Source: Flavobacteriaceae bacterium
GTDB taxonomy: Bacteria; Bacteroidota; Bacteroidia; Flavobacteriales_C; GCA-002722245
Reading direction: 5' to 3'
DNA length: 64,000 nucleotides
NCBI GenBank assembly: GCA_964230605.1
Contig: CAXRIN010000046.1
Location: forward strand, 11,793-75,792
A program made the position numbers and the translations under genes. Positions within the stretch are counted from its first letter, which is position 1, and every line of letters begins with the position of its first letter. Shown here piece by piece: positions 1 through 9,186 of this stretch. The notes under the pieces were generated by a model. It had not been told where the DNA came from. It ran no database searches and worked only from the letters and a program-made list of their open reading frames with translations.

Positions 1-527
1 TCCATCAACTTAAACAGAACGACTTAAATGTAATTGTTTACAATTTTGTCGATACACTTTCCCATGCTAGGACAGATTTTAAAGTAATGAGGGAATTAGC
101 TGAGGATGAAAAAGGATACAGAAGTATTACTAAATCATGGTTTGAGAATTCACCTTTGTTAGAAATGTTAAAGCAATTAAAAGGTTCTGGAGCTAAAGTT
201 ATTTTAACAACAGATCATGGAGCTGTTTTAGTTGATAATCCAAGAAAAGTTGTTGGTGATAAAAACATCAGTTCAAACCTTAGGTATAAAGCTGGTAGAA
301 ATATGCAATATAGTTCAAAGGAGGTTTTTGAGGTTGAAAATCCTGATGATGTATTTCTACCGAAACTGAATATTAGCACTAGGTATATTTTTGCAAAGAA
401 TAATGACTTCTTTGCATATCCAAATAATTACAATCACTATGTAAAACATTATCGAAATACACTTCAACATGGAGGTGTAAGTATGGATGAAATGATAGTG
501 CCTATTGTAACTATGAGAAGTAAATAA
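1..527 (+). CDS. PglZ/alkaline-phosphatase-like domain protein, C-terminal part (PorX-like bifunctional response regulator/PglZ protein?); 5' end truncated by window edge
   Basis: Frame of the 87..527 ORF stays open back to nt 3 with no stop, so the gene starts upstream of the window. The sequence TTDHGAVLV...RYKAGRNMQY resembles the C-terminal region of PglZ-domain proteins. Synteny with tsaE immediately downstream (TAATG overlap) is recurrent in Bacteroidota for PorX-type genes. Confidence 0.45.
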   Translation, partial: HQLKQNDLNVIVYNFVDTLSHARTDFKVMRELAEDEKGYRSITKSWFENSPLLEMLKQLKGSGAKVILTTDHGAVLVDNPRKVVGDKNISSNLRYKAGRNMQYSSKEVFEVENPDDVFLPKLNISTRYIFAKNNDFFAYPNNYNHYVKHYRNTLQHGGVSMDEMIVPIVTMRSK

Positions 528-940
528 TGGAAATTAAGGCAAATATTTTAGAGAAGCTAGAAATGGTTGCAGCTCGAATTATTGAGCAAGCCGGAAAACG
601 AAAGATAATTTTGTTAGAAGGAGAAATGGGAGCAGGTAAAACTACTTTAATTAAAGAAATTTGCTTAAAATTAGGAGTTCAAGATATTGTAAGCAGTCCA
701 ACGTTTGGAATTGTTAATGAATATGTCGGTGCTCAAAGCGTTGTTTACCACTTCGATGCCTACAGATTGGAGGATGAGGATGAGGCTTATGATATAGGTG
801 TTGAGGAATACTTAGATTCTGGTAATTGGTGTTTAATTGAATGGCCAGATAAGATTGCAGGGTTATTGCCTTCTGAAGATGAAATGATGAAGGTTGAAAT
901 AAAAGAAGAACAAGGAGTTAGAACTTATACTTTTAATTAG
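527..940 (+). CDS. tsaE: tRNA threonylcarbamoyladenosine biosynthesis ATPase TsaE (YjeE)
   Basis: 137 aa. P-loop GEMGAGKTTL followed by the conserved SPTF motif, at typical TsaE size. Confidence 0.85.
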   Translation: MEIKANILEKLEMVAARIIEQAGKRKIILLEGEMGAGKTTLIKEICLKLGVQDIVSSPTFGIVNEYVGAQSVVYHFDAYRLEDEDEAYDIGVEEYLDSGNWCLIEWPDKIAGLLPSEDEMMKVEIKEEQGVRTYTFN

Positions 941-943
941 AAT

Positions 944-2164
944 ATGAAATCATCTGATTTAATAAAACATTTGACAGAAAGTGGTTTAATGCCTCAAGAA
1001 GAAATGCTAGAGGTAGCCAGAGGTGAACAAAGTTTATTTATTGGTATACCAAAGGAGACCGCTTTACAGGAAAAAAGGGTAGCCTTAGTTCCTGATAGTG
1101 TTGCTTTGCTTGTAAGTAATGGCCATAGAGTTGTTATTGAAAAAGATGCCGGTGCTGCCGCTAATTTTACTGATAAAGATTTTAGTGAGGCAGGTGCTGA
1201 AATTGTATACGATCAGAAGGATGTTTACAAAGCCAATATTATCATAAAGGTAGCGCCTCCTACTTTAGATGAAATAGAGCTTTTTGACCCAATGCAAAAA
1301 CAAGTGCTTTTTTCTGCTCTTCAAATTACCTCTCAACCTAAGGATTGTATGAAAGAGTTAATGAAAAAAAAGGTAACTGGTATTGCATATGATTTCATAA
1401 AGGATAGAGAAAATGTTTATCCAATTGTAAGGAGTATGAGTGAAATTGCAGGTAATACTTCAATTTTAATAGCTTCAGAATTGTTAAGTAATGCAAATGG
1501 TGGTCATGGGGTTATGATGGGAGGTGTTCCTGGTGTAAAACCAACAGAGGTTGTTATTTTAGGTGCTGGAGGAGTTGGGGAGTTCGCAGCTAGAGGAGCT
1601 CTAGGGCTTGGAGCTAATGTTAAAATATTTGATGACGAGTCACATAAATTAAGAAGGGTTTTGAATAATCTTGGACAGCGAGTTTATACTTCAATTATTC
1701 AACCAAAACTTTTAAAGAAGGCTATCCAAAACGCAGATGTTGTTATTGGTGCTTTGAGGCCTAAAAATGGTAGAACTCCTTGTGTTGTTACAGAAGAAAT
1801 GGTGTCCGATATGAAGTTTGGATCGGTGATCATTGATGTAAGTATTGACACTGGAGGTTGTTTTGAAACTTCAGAAGTTCGATCGCATGAAAACCCAATA
1901 TATAAAAAGTATGGAGTAACTCATTATTGTGTTCCAAATATAGCATCAAGGGTAAGTAGAACAGCTTCTTATGCCTTGAGTAATATTTTCACCCCTTTAT
2001 TACTTGATCTTGGAGCTGGAGGTGGACTTGAAAAGATGATGCATACTCAATACGGAATTAAGCATGGAGTTTATATGTATAAAGGAATCTTAACAAGTAA
2101 AGTTCTTGGTGAGACTTTTGGATTGCCATATAAAGACATCGATTTATTAATGGCGGCAATTTAA
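944..2164 (+). CDS. alanine dehydrogenase / NAD(P) transhydrogenase alpha (AlaDH/PNT) family dehydrogenase
   Basis: 406 aa. N-terminal IGIPKE..EKRVALVP substrate domain and a central Rossmann GAGGVGE..A NAD-binding motif. Fold order matches AlaDH/PNT enzymes. Confidence 0.6.
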   Translation: MKSSDLIKHLTESGLMPQEEMLEVARGEQSLFIGIPKETALQEKRVALVPDSVALLVSNGHRVVIEKDAGAAANFTDKDFSEAGAEIVYDQKDVYKANIIIKVAPPTLDEIELFDPMQKQVLFSALQITSQPKDCMKELMKKKVTGIAYDFIKDRENVYPIVRSMSEIAGNTSILIASELLSNANGGHGVMMGGVPGVKPTEVVILGAGGVGEFAARGALGLGANVKIFDDESHKLRRVLNNLGQRVYTSIIQPKLLKKAIQNADVVIGALRPKNGRTPCVVTEEMVSDMKFGSVIIDVSIDTGGCFETSEVRSHENPIYKKYGVTHYCVPNIASRVSRTASYALSNIFTPLLLDLGAGGGLEKMMHTQYGIKHGVYMYKGILTSKVLGETFGLPYKDIDLLMAAI

Positions 2165-2172
2165 AGTTGAAG

Positions 2173-2190
2173 GGGCGAAGTTTTTCGCCC
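2173..2190. terminator. GC-rich hairpin (GGGCGAA-gttt-TTCGCCC) between convergent genes; candidate bidirectional intrinsic terminator
   Basis: Perfect 7-bp GC-rich stem with a 4-nt loop in the 38-bp gap between the convergent ald-family gene and rluD. Flanked by A/T-rich sequence on both sides. Confidence 0.4.
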
Positions 2191-2202
2191 ATCATTCTGA
2201 AA

Positions 2203-3222
2203 TTATTTTAATTCAATCTTTTCGAATTTTTCGATAATCTTTTTAAACCCTTCAGGCAAATCTACTTCAAAAGACATTGTTTTTTTTGAGCTAGGATGTT
2301 CAAATTTAAGACTTCTAGCATGAAGTGCTTGACCAGGGATTAAGTCAAAACAGTTTTGAATAAAACGACTGTAATTTGCAGTATTTTGACCTTTTAAAAT
2401 CTTCTCTCCACCGTATTCAGGATCATTAAATAATGGATGTCCAATTGATTTCATATGAACTCTAATTTGATGCGTCCTCCCAGTTTCAAGTTTGCATTCT
2501 ACTAGTGTTACGTATCCTAATCTTTTTATGACTTTATAATTAGTGATAGCATGCTTTCCGATTTCACCTTCGTATTCGTAGGTGTCCATTATTTTCCTGT
2601 TCTTCAGACTTCTTGCCAAATTTGTTCTAATTGTACCTTCCTCATCTTTGACATCTCCCCAGACCAAAGCATAATATCTGCGATTTATTGTTCTGTCGAA
2701 AAACTGCTTTGCCAAATTTGTCATAGAGGATTCTGTTTTAGCAATAACAAGTAAACCTGAGGTGTTTTTATCAATTCGATGAACTAATCCGGGTCTGTGA
2801 TTTAATTCTGGTGTAGAAGGTAAATTACCAAAATGATAAATCAGGGCGTTAATTAAAGTGCCTTTGTAGTTCCCGTATCCCGGATGAACAACAAGTCCGG
2901 CTTCTTTATTGATGATAATTAAATCATCATCTTCATATATTACCTCAATTGGAATATCTTGTGGTATTAACTCAAGAACTTTGGGTTCTTCTCTAACAAC
3001 CATTTGAATCACGTCGGATGGTTTAACCTTGTAATTTGACTTTACAGGCTTTTCATTAACTAGGATATTACCTTCCTTCGCCGCTTCTTGAATTTTATTT
3101 CTGGAAGTATTTTCAAGTCTATCCAGTAAGAATTTATCCACTCTTAATGGCTTCTGACCTGGATCTGCAGTTACTTTAAAAACTTCAAATAACTCTTCGT
3201 TTTCTTCTAATTCTTCTTGCAT
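2203..3222 (-). CDS. rluD: RluA/RluD-family 23S rRNA pseudouridine synthase with N-terminal S4 domain
   Basis: 339 aa. S4-like N-terminus (RVDKFL..). Catalytic motif HRIDKNTSGLLVIAK with the conserved Asp. Confidence 0.8.
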   Translation of the reverse strand: MQEELEENEELFEVFKVTADPGQKPLRVDKFLLDRLENTSRNKIQEAAKEGNILVNEKPVKSNYKVKPSDVIQMVVREEPKVLELIPQDIPIEVIYEDDDLIIINKEAGLVVHPGYGNYKGTLINALIYHFGNLPSTPELNHRPGLVHRIDKNTSGLLVIAKTESSMTNLAKQFFDRTINRRYYALVWGDVKDEEGTIRTNLARSLKNRKIMDTYEYEGEIGKHAITNYKVIKRLGYVTLVECKLETGRTHQIRVHMKSIGHPLFNDPEYGGEKILKGQNTANYSRFIQNCFDLIPGQALHARSLKFEHPSSKKTMSFEVDLPEGFKKIIEKFEKIELK

Positions 3223-3226
3223 ATGA

Positions 3227-4036
3227 CTAATTACAACGAGAATTAATTTTTAATGTAGTATCACAAGAATAAAAGATGGATACTTCATTTCCGATTTTTA
3301 TATCGTCACCACAGGCAGGGCGCTGCATGTAAATCCGAGCTAAACTAGAATCAAGTCCGTCAACACAGGCACCGTCGCCCTTTTCCATTACAGAGACATT
3401 TAGTAATTGCTTTTTCAGTATCGATACAGCATCTTTTAATCGTAGACCTAAGACTTTTGGTGTGCGAATTTTTTCTCCTCCGTCATGACCAACTACCAAT
3501 CTAATTTTTGAACCAGCTTTTATTTTGTCACCATCTTTTAAATCTTTACCGTTTACATCTTGAAATCCTAGGACAATATCATTAAAGTCGTGTGGAACTA
3601 GAATTGTTGAGTCATGTTCTATATCAATGCTTGAAATGTATTCGATTGCCTCCCTTGTTGTTGAAGTACCATTTATAATACTTCCAATTGAAAGCTTAAT
3701 CATTTTATCCGAACGCGCATTTATGGTTAGATAAATTTTACGACCTTCCTTAACTGAATCGCCAGGCGTAGGTTTTTGGTCTACGATTATACCCTTGGGT
3801 AACTTTCTTTCCCATACAGAATCCATTATTTCATATCTAAATCCTTTTGAAACTAAAGCGGAGTCTAAATCTTTAATTTCTTTTTTAATAACGTTTGGTA
3901 CGGCAACTTTTTGACCATGTTTGGTTATCCCATCTAGATATGAGTCTAGTATAAACAACCCAATTACTAATAGTACTATCGCGATTAAAAGATTTAAGAA
4001 AAATACTTTGCTAAAAAAGAATTTGAAAAATTTCAT
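3227..4036 (-). CDS. membrane-anchored PASTA-domain protein
   Basis: N-terminal TM helix. Two PASTA-like repeats (VPNVIKKEIKDL.., TPKVLGLRLKDA..). Conserved position upstream of rluD in Bacteroidota. Confidence 0.55.
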   Translation of the reverse strand: MKFFKFFFSKVFFLNLLIAIVLLVIGLFILDSYLDGITKHGQKVAVPNVIKKEIKDLDSALVSKGFRYEIMDSVWERKLPKGIIVDQKPTPGDSVKEGRKIYLTINARSDKMIKLSIGSIINGTSTTREAIEYISSIDIEHDSTILVPHDFNDIVLGFQDVNGKDLKDGDKIKAGSKIRLVVGHDGGEKIRTPKVLGLRLKDAVSILKKQLLNVSVMEKGDGACVDGLDSSLARIYMQRPACGDDIKIGNEVSIFYSCDTTLKINSRCN

Positions 4037-4115
4037 GAAACAAATTTAAAAACTAAAAACAAGGAGTAGAAGCTATTTTATTATTTGTTATGAACTAGAA
4101 TTATTTGCATAAAAA

Positions 4116-4133
4116 AGCCCCAAAAATGGGGCT
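4116..4133 (-). terminator. intrinsic terminator of the OMP gene (hairpin AGCCCC-aaaaat-GGGGCT followed by a T-run on the minus strand)
   Basis: On the minus strand, just 3' of the 4153 stop, the sequence reads cttaaGCCCCatttttGGGGCTTTTTTatg. This is a GC stem plus U-tract. Confidence 0.55.
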
Positions 4134-4152
4134 TAAGATAAATTATGTTTTT

Positions 4153-5511
4153 TTACTGCTCGAAGTAATAGTCTATTAGTTTATGAATGTCTCCTAAGTC
4201 AATATCAACTTTACCGTCGAAGTAGTTATCAATGCTTTCATAAATCTCTTTTGAGCTAACTTTTCCATCGCCATTCAAATCACAAACTTTTTTAATTTCT
4301 TCAATTGGCTTTTTACTTGGTTCAACTTTAGATGAAAGTAATGATTTATCGGCTTTACCTGTGTTTAAAAGTTGGAATTCAATATCTGATTCATCTCCTT
4401 GACACATGCTAGGGTAGAACTGACATAGTTCTTCTCTTAATGTTACAACAGTATCTTGCGCTTCTTGAGCAACTAAACTATCTGCAATTCCAACTCCGTT
4501 TGAATCGACTTTAGCAATCTCTGACTTGGTATCAATTTCTTTATCAAGATGATCTGGAATTCCATCATTATCTTTATCTAATGGACATCCATGTCTATCA
4601 ACTTTAATTCCTTCCTCTGTTTCATTACATCTATCATCGATATCTAATACACCATCTGCATCACTATCGGCTTTAAGTAAAGAAACAAAGTCAATTTCAT
4701 CGTATTCTTTAGACTTTTTGTCTTTAGCTGTTAAACCAGCAGGATTAAATATAAAACTGCATGAAGTGTATCCATAAATGTCATTAGCTTGCCCCGCCAC
4801 ATGTCCGTCAAGGAAGTCAGTATTTGTCAAACATAAAGACTGCTTTAGTTGAGCTTTCAAGTATGGTGTAATATAAAAGTTAAAACCTAAAACAACAGGG
4901 AATGCTAGGGCTGTATTAGATTCTCCATCAACTTTTAAGTCGGTTTCGTAATCGTAATCTCTTGTTAAAACAGTTGAAGTAGAAGGCGAATCTTGATCTA
5001 CATCTCTCACTGAGCCATCCAGCCAGTAGTAATATAAATTTCCGCTAGCGTCGTAAAGATCTGTTTTTGGAGTAAAGTTTATTAAATCAATACCAATTCC
5101 AATGATTGGATCTATTGGATAATCTTCCGCTAAAATAAAACCATTGGCAAAGTGAAAAGTTGCATTTAAACCTCCTGATAGTAATGTTGATTTGAAGTTT
5201 CTATTAGAATTACCGTTTTTTTCATTTTTAACCAATGAACCGAAACCTAAGTTTACCCCAAGACCAAATGAACTGTGAATCTTATATTCTGCTCCGGCGT
5301 TAAAACCAATTTGAAAGTTCTCGGTTGTCCCTAAATCTTTTATGTAGCCAACATCCCCTCTGAAGCTATAAAGTCCCATACCTACGTTATAAGTAAGTGG
5401 AACTTTATTCGAACTTTCCGATGTGTCAGTACTATCTGTATCTTCTTGTGCTTGAATACTTTTAACCCCTAGTAAAGCACATAAAAGAAAAGTTAATTGC
5501 AATAATTTCAT
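4153..5511 (-). CDS. secreted outer-membrane beta-barrel-like protein with thrombospondin type-3 (Ca-binding) repeats and a C-terminal canonical EF-hand
   Basis: Signal peptide MKLLQLTFLLCALLGVKSIQAQ. Aromatic/Gly-rich N-terminal half with alternating pattern, typical of an OM barrel. TSP3-like DxDxDGxxDxxD repeats (DSDADGVLDIDD, DKDNDGIPDHLD). EF-hand loop DLNGDGKVSSKE. No OmpA C-terminal domain. Confidence 0.5.
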   Translation of the reverse strand: MKLLQLTFLLCALLGVKSIQAQEDTDSTDTSESSNKVPLTYNVGMGLYSFRGDVGYIKDLGTTENFQIGFNAGAEYKIHSSFGLGVNLGFGSLVKNEKNGNSNRNFKSTLLSGGLNATFHFANGFILAEDYPIDPIIGIGIDLINFTPKTDLYDASGNLYYYWLDGSVRDVDQDSPSTSTVLTRDYDYETDLKVDGESNTALAFPVVLGFNFYITPYLKAQLKQSLCLTNTDFLDGHVAGQANDIYGYTSCSFIFNPAGLTAKDKKSKEYDEIDFVSLLKADSDADGVLDIDDRCNETEEGIKVDRHGCPLDKDNDGIPDHLDKEIDTKSEIAKVDSNGVGIADSLVAQEAQDTVVTLREELCQFYPSMCQGDESDIEFQLLNTGKADKSLLSSKVEPSKKPIEEIKKVCDLNGDGKVSSKEIYESIDNYFDGKVDIDLGDIHKLIDYYFEQ

Positions 5512-5585
5512 TCCCTATGATTTGAAAGTCACTAATTTATACAAAATTAGTCACATTAATGCATGAAAGAATTAACAAATTATAG

Positions 5586-6293
5586 TTAGAAGTTTGGCTT
5601 TAATGTGTATTTACCATAGAATTCGTCTATAATTTTCACAGCTTCGTCAGATGTATCAACTAAGTGGAATAGATCCATATCTTTTGGTGAGATTTTTCCA
5701 TCTGCTAGCAAAGTGTTTTTTATCCATTCAACCATTCCTCCCCAGAATTCTTTACCTACAAGTACAATAGGGAATTTTCCTATTTTTTTAGTTTGGATTA
5801 AGGTAATAGCTTCAAAAAGTTCATCTAGTGTGCCAAAACCTCCTGGAAGAACAATAAATCCTTGAGCGTATTTGACAAACATTACTTTTCGAACGAAGAA
5901 GTAATCAAAATCAATTTTTTTATCTCTATCGATATAAGGGTTAGCGTATTCTTCAAAAGGTAAAGAAATGTTTAGTCCTACTGATTTGCCACCTCCTCGA
6001 TGAGCCCCTTTGTTTGCCGCTTCCATAATACCAGGTCCGCCTCCTGTAATTACTCCATATCCATGTTGAGTAACTTTGTATGCAATATCTTCAGCTAACT
6101 TAAAATACTTGTCATCTTCTTTGGTTCTAGCAGAACCAAAAATTGAAACGCATGGTCCAATACGTCCCATTTTTTCAAAGGCTTCAACAAACTCAGACAT
6201 AACTTTGAATATTGCCCAAGAGTCATTGCTTTTTATTTCATTCCAATCTCTTTCTGAAAATGCTTCTATTATTTTATCATCATGATCACTCAT
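5586..6293 (-). CDS. LOG-family (TIGR00730) cytokinin riboside 5'-monophosphate phosphoribohydrolase-like protein
   Basis: Motifs GGGPGIMEA and PGGFGTLDELFE diagnostic for LOG/lysine-decarboxylase-like family. 235 aa. Confidence 0.8.
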   Translation of the reverse strand: MSDHDDKIIEAFSERDWNEIKSNDSWAIFKVMSEFVEAFEKMGRIGPCVSIFGSARTKEDDKYFKLAEDIAYKVTQHGYGVITGGGPGIMEAANKGAHRGGGKSVGLNISLPFEEYANPYIDRDKKIDFDYFFVRKVMFVKYAQGFIVLPGGFGTLDELFEAITLIQTKKIGKFPIVLVGKEFWGGMVEWIKNTLLADGKISPKDMDLFHLVDTSDEAVKIIDEFYGKYTLKPNF

Positions 6294-6363
6294 AGTCTTT
6301 AAGTTTAATGTGAAATTTGGAGAGATTCCAAAGTAAATGTTCTACTGTTCTCTTTTTAAAAAG

Positions 6364-9186
6364 TTACTTCAACTCCACTTTCAAAAACTGAGCAGTGACA
6401 CTTTTATTGTTCTTGATTAAATTTTCGGGCGTTCCTTGAGCTACAATTTGTCCTCCATTTTTCCCGCCCTCAGGTCCAAGGTCTATAATATAATCGGAAA
6501 CTTTAAGCACATCTAGATTATGTTCGATAACAACAACAGAATTCCCTAAATCAACAATTTTTTGTAAAACACCTAATAGAATATTAATGTCTTCAAAATG
6601 TAAACCAGTTGTTGGTTCATCTAATATATAAATGGTTTTTCCAGTGGCTTTTTTCGAAAGTTCACTAGCCAACTTTATTCTTTGTGCTTCACCTCCCGAT
6701 AAAGTTGTTGATGCTTGTCCTAGTTGAATATACCCTAATCCAACATTATTTAAAGCCTCTATTTTTCTTTTGATTTTCGGTTGACTTTCAAAAAACTCTA
6801 CAGCTTCATTTATTGGTAAATCAAGAATTTGGTTAATGTTTTTGCCCTTGAATTTTACTTGTAACGTCTCTTTGTTATATCGATTACCATTACATGTTTT
6901 GCATTTTACAAAAACATCAGGAAGAAAATTCATTTCAATAGTTTCAACTCCAGCCCCTTTACATTGTTCACATCTTCCTCCTGCTATGTTAAAAGAGAAA
7001 CGCCCTGCCTTAAAGCCATTGATTTTAGCTTGTGGTAATTGAGCAAATAAATTACGAATATCCGTAAAAACTCCAGTGTAGGTTGCGGGGTTGGATCTTG
7101 GTGTTCGTCCAATTGGCGATTGGTCTATTTCAATTACTTTATCAATTAGATCCAATCCTTTCACGGATTTAAATGGTAGGGGAGCGGATTTACTTTTATA
7201 TACTTGATTGTAAAGTAATGGAACAAGAGTTTCATTTATGAGTGTTGATTTTCCACTTCCTGATATACCTGATATACAAGTAAAATTTCCAATGGGAATT
7301 TTAAAATCTACGTCCTTCAAGTTGTTCCCCGAAGCTCCTTTAATTTCAACGAATTCTTTACTTAGTTTTCTTCTTTTTGGTACTTCAATACTCTTTAATC
7401 CTTTCAGATATTGATATGTGGTACTGTTTTTATTTGAAAGTTGCTTTAGTGTTCCTTGATCAATAATTTCCCCACCGTATTTTCCTGCTTTGGGGCCAAT
7501 GTCAATAATATAATCAGCTTCTTCCATAATCTCTTTGTCGTGCTCTACAACTATTACGGAGTTACCATTATCCCTTAGTTTCTTAAGTGCTTTGATCAAC
7601 CTTTTATTGTCTCTTTGATGTAATCCAATACTTGGTTCGTCTAGAATATATAAAACACCAACTAGTTGAGAGCCTATTTGAGTAGCGAGTCTAATTCTTT
7701 GGCTTTCACCTCCAGAAAGTGTTTTGGCTGTTCTATGAAGATTCAAGTAATCCAAGCCTACATCTAATAAAAACGAAACTTTCTTGTTTGTTTCTTTTAA
7801 TATTTCTTCAGCGATTTTCTTTTTGGATGGTTCAAACGAATCGGAAATTTCACTTAGCCAGATTGATAATTCTGATATATCAAGATTTGAAACTTCAGCA
7901 ATAGATTTACCCGCTATTTTAAAATGATTAGCTTCTTTCTTTAATCTTCCTCCTTTACATTCGGTACATGTTGAACTAGTCATGTAACTCCTTAGCCATC
8001 TATTTTCAGCAGCATTGTTAAATTCATTAAGCTGCTGAAGGTAGTTAATTATCCCCTCGAATTTAATATCAGATTCTGTGATGCTATTTTCATTCCCGAA
8101 CATTAAAATTTTTAGAAAATCATCTGAATGTTCAGTAAATGGTTTATTGATATTTTCGCCCATTGATGCAGCTAACTCATCAATGATGTTAAAAATGTAA
8201 TTTTTTTTCTTTTTTCCAAGTGGGAATATGGCTCCTTTTGCAATTGAAATCTTTTTATTAGGAACCACTTTCTCTTCATCAAAAGAGAAGGTTTCACCTA
8301 GTCCATTACATGAAGGACAAGCTCCATAAGGACTGTTAAATGAAAATAAATTGGGTTCAGGAAGTTTATAGGAGATTCCAGTTGTTGGACAGGTTAAATG
8401 TTGGCTGTAAAATTTTATTTTGCCGCTAGGTTCCCCTAAAATCATAATTGCACCTTCACCAATGTTTAGAGCAGTTGAAAGAGATCTTTTAAATCTAGGG
8501 TCGGATGCAGAATCAGAATTTATTTTTAATCGATCAACTACAACTTCAATATCGTGCGTTTTATATCTATCGGCTTGAAGACCTTTTGTGATATCGATTA
8601 TTTCTCCGTCAATTCGAACTTTTGAATACCCCTGTTTTCCTAGTTTTTCAAATAATTCTCTGTAATGCCCTTTTCTTCCTTTAACTAATGGGGCAAGAAT
8701 GTTTATTCCTTCGTCACTATAATTTTTTACAATTAAGTTGGAGATTTGATCAGTGGTATAACTAACCATTAATTCTCCAGTTTCATAACTGTAAGCATCT
8801 GCTACTCTTGCATAAAGTAGTCGCAGGAAATCATATATTTCTGTGATTGTCCCAACTGTTGATCTAGGACTTCTGGATGTTGTTTTTTGTTCAATTGCAA
8901 TTACAGGACTGAGGCCATCTATTTTTTCTACATCGGGCCTTTTCATGTCTCCCATGAATTGACGAGCGTAGGCCGAAAATGATTCCATGTAACGGCGTTG
9001 CCCTTCGGCATAAATCGTGTCGAATGCTAAACTGGATTTACCACTACCACTTAACCCCGTTATTACAACAAGTTTATGCCTTGGGATTCTAAGCGATATG
9101 TTTTTAAGATTGTGCTCTTTTGCACCTTCAATAACAATGAATTCCGATTCGGAAAATTCATTCCATTTATTTAACGATTGTTTCAA
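6364..9186 (-). CDS. uvrA: excinuclease ABC subunit A
   Basis: 940 aa. Two ABC ATPase modules (GLSGSGKSSL and GISGSGKST Walker A; LSGGE signatures). Zn-finger Cys clusters (CPTTG..C..C, CEQCKGAG). Standard UvrA size. Confidence 0.95.
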   Translation of the reverse strand: MKQSLNKWNEFSESEFIVIEGAKEHNLKNISLRIPRHKLVVITGLSGSGKSSLAFDTIYAEGQRRYMESFSAYARQFMGDMKRPDVEKIDGLSPVIAIEQKTTSRSPRSTVGTITEIYDFLRLLYARVADAYSYETGELMVSYTTDQISNLIVKNYSDEGINILAPLVKGRKGHYRELFEKLGKQGYSKVRIDGEIIDITKGLQADRYKTHDIEVVVDRLKINSDSASDPRFKRSLSTALNIGEGAIMILGEPSGKIKFYSQHLTCPTTGISYKLPEPNLFSFNSPYGACPSCNGLGETFSFDEEKVVPNKKISIAKGAIFPLGKKKKNYIFNIIDELAASMGENINKPFTEHSDDFLKILMFGNENSITESDIKFEGIINYLQQLNEFNNAAENRWLRSYMTSSTCTECKGGRLKKEANHFKIAGKSIAEVSNLDISELSIWLSEISDSFEPSKKKIAEEILKETNKKVSFLLDVGLDYLNLHRTAKTLSGGESQRIRLATQIGSQLVGVLYILDEPSIGLHQRDNKRLIKALKKLRDNGNSVIVVEHDKEIMEEADYIIDIGPKAGKYGGEIIDQGTLKQLSNKNSTTYQYLKGLKSIEVPKRRKLSKEFVEIKGASGNNLKDVDFKIPIGNFTCISGISGSGKSTLINETLVPLLYNQVYKSKSAPLPFKSVKGLDLIDKVIEIDQSPIGRTPRSNPATYTGVFTDIRNLFAQLPQAKINGFKAGRFSFNIAGGRCEQCKGAGVETIEMNFLPDVFVKCKTCNGNRYNKETLQVKFKGKNINQILDLPINEAVEFFESQPKIKRKIEALNNVGLGYIQLGQASTTLSGGEAQRIKLASELSKKATGKTIYILDEPTTGLHFEDINILLGVLQKIVDLGNSVVVIEHNLDVLKVSDYIIDLGPEGGKNGGQIVAQGTPENLIKNNKSVTAQFLKVELK

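Noticed and set aside
2551-2754. 67-aa plus-strand ORF inside rluD (antisense)
   Set aside because: Fully embedded antisense to a well-supported gene, with a low-complexity hydrophobic product. Typical shadow ORF in AT-rich DNA.
6076-6285. 69-aa ORF antisense to the LOG-family gene
   Set aside because: Shadow ORF. No motif, and overlaps a confidently called CDS.
6351-6362. Perfect 12-bp palindrome CTTTTTAAAAAG at the uvrA 3' end
   Set aside because: Pure A/T palindrome with no GC stem. Expected by chance in ~33% GC DNA and not a convincing terminator.
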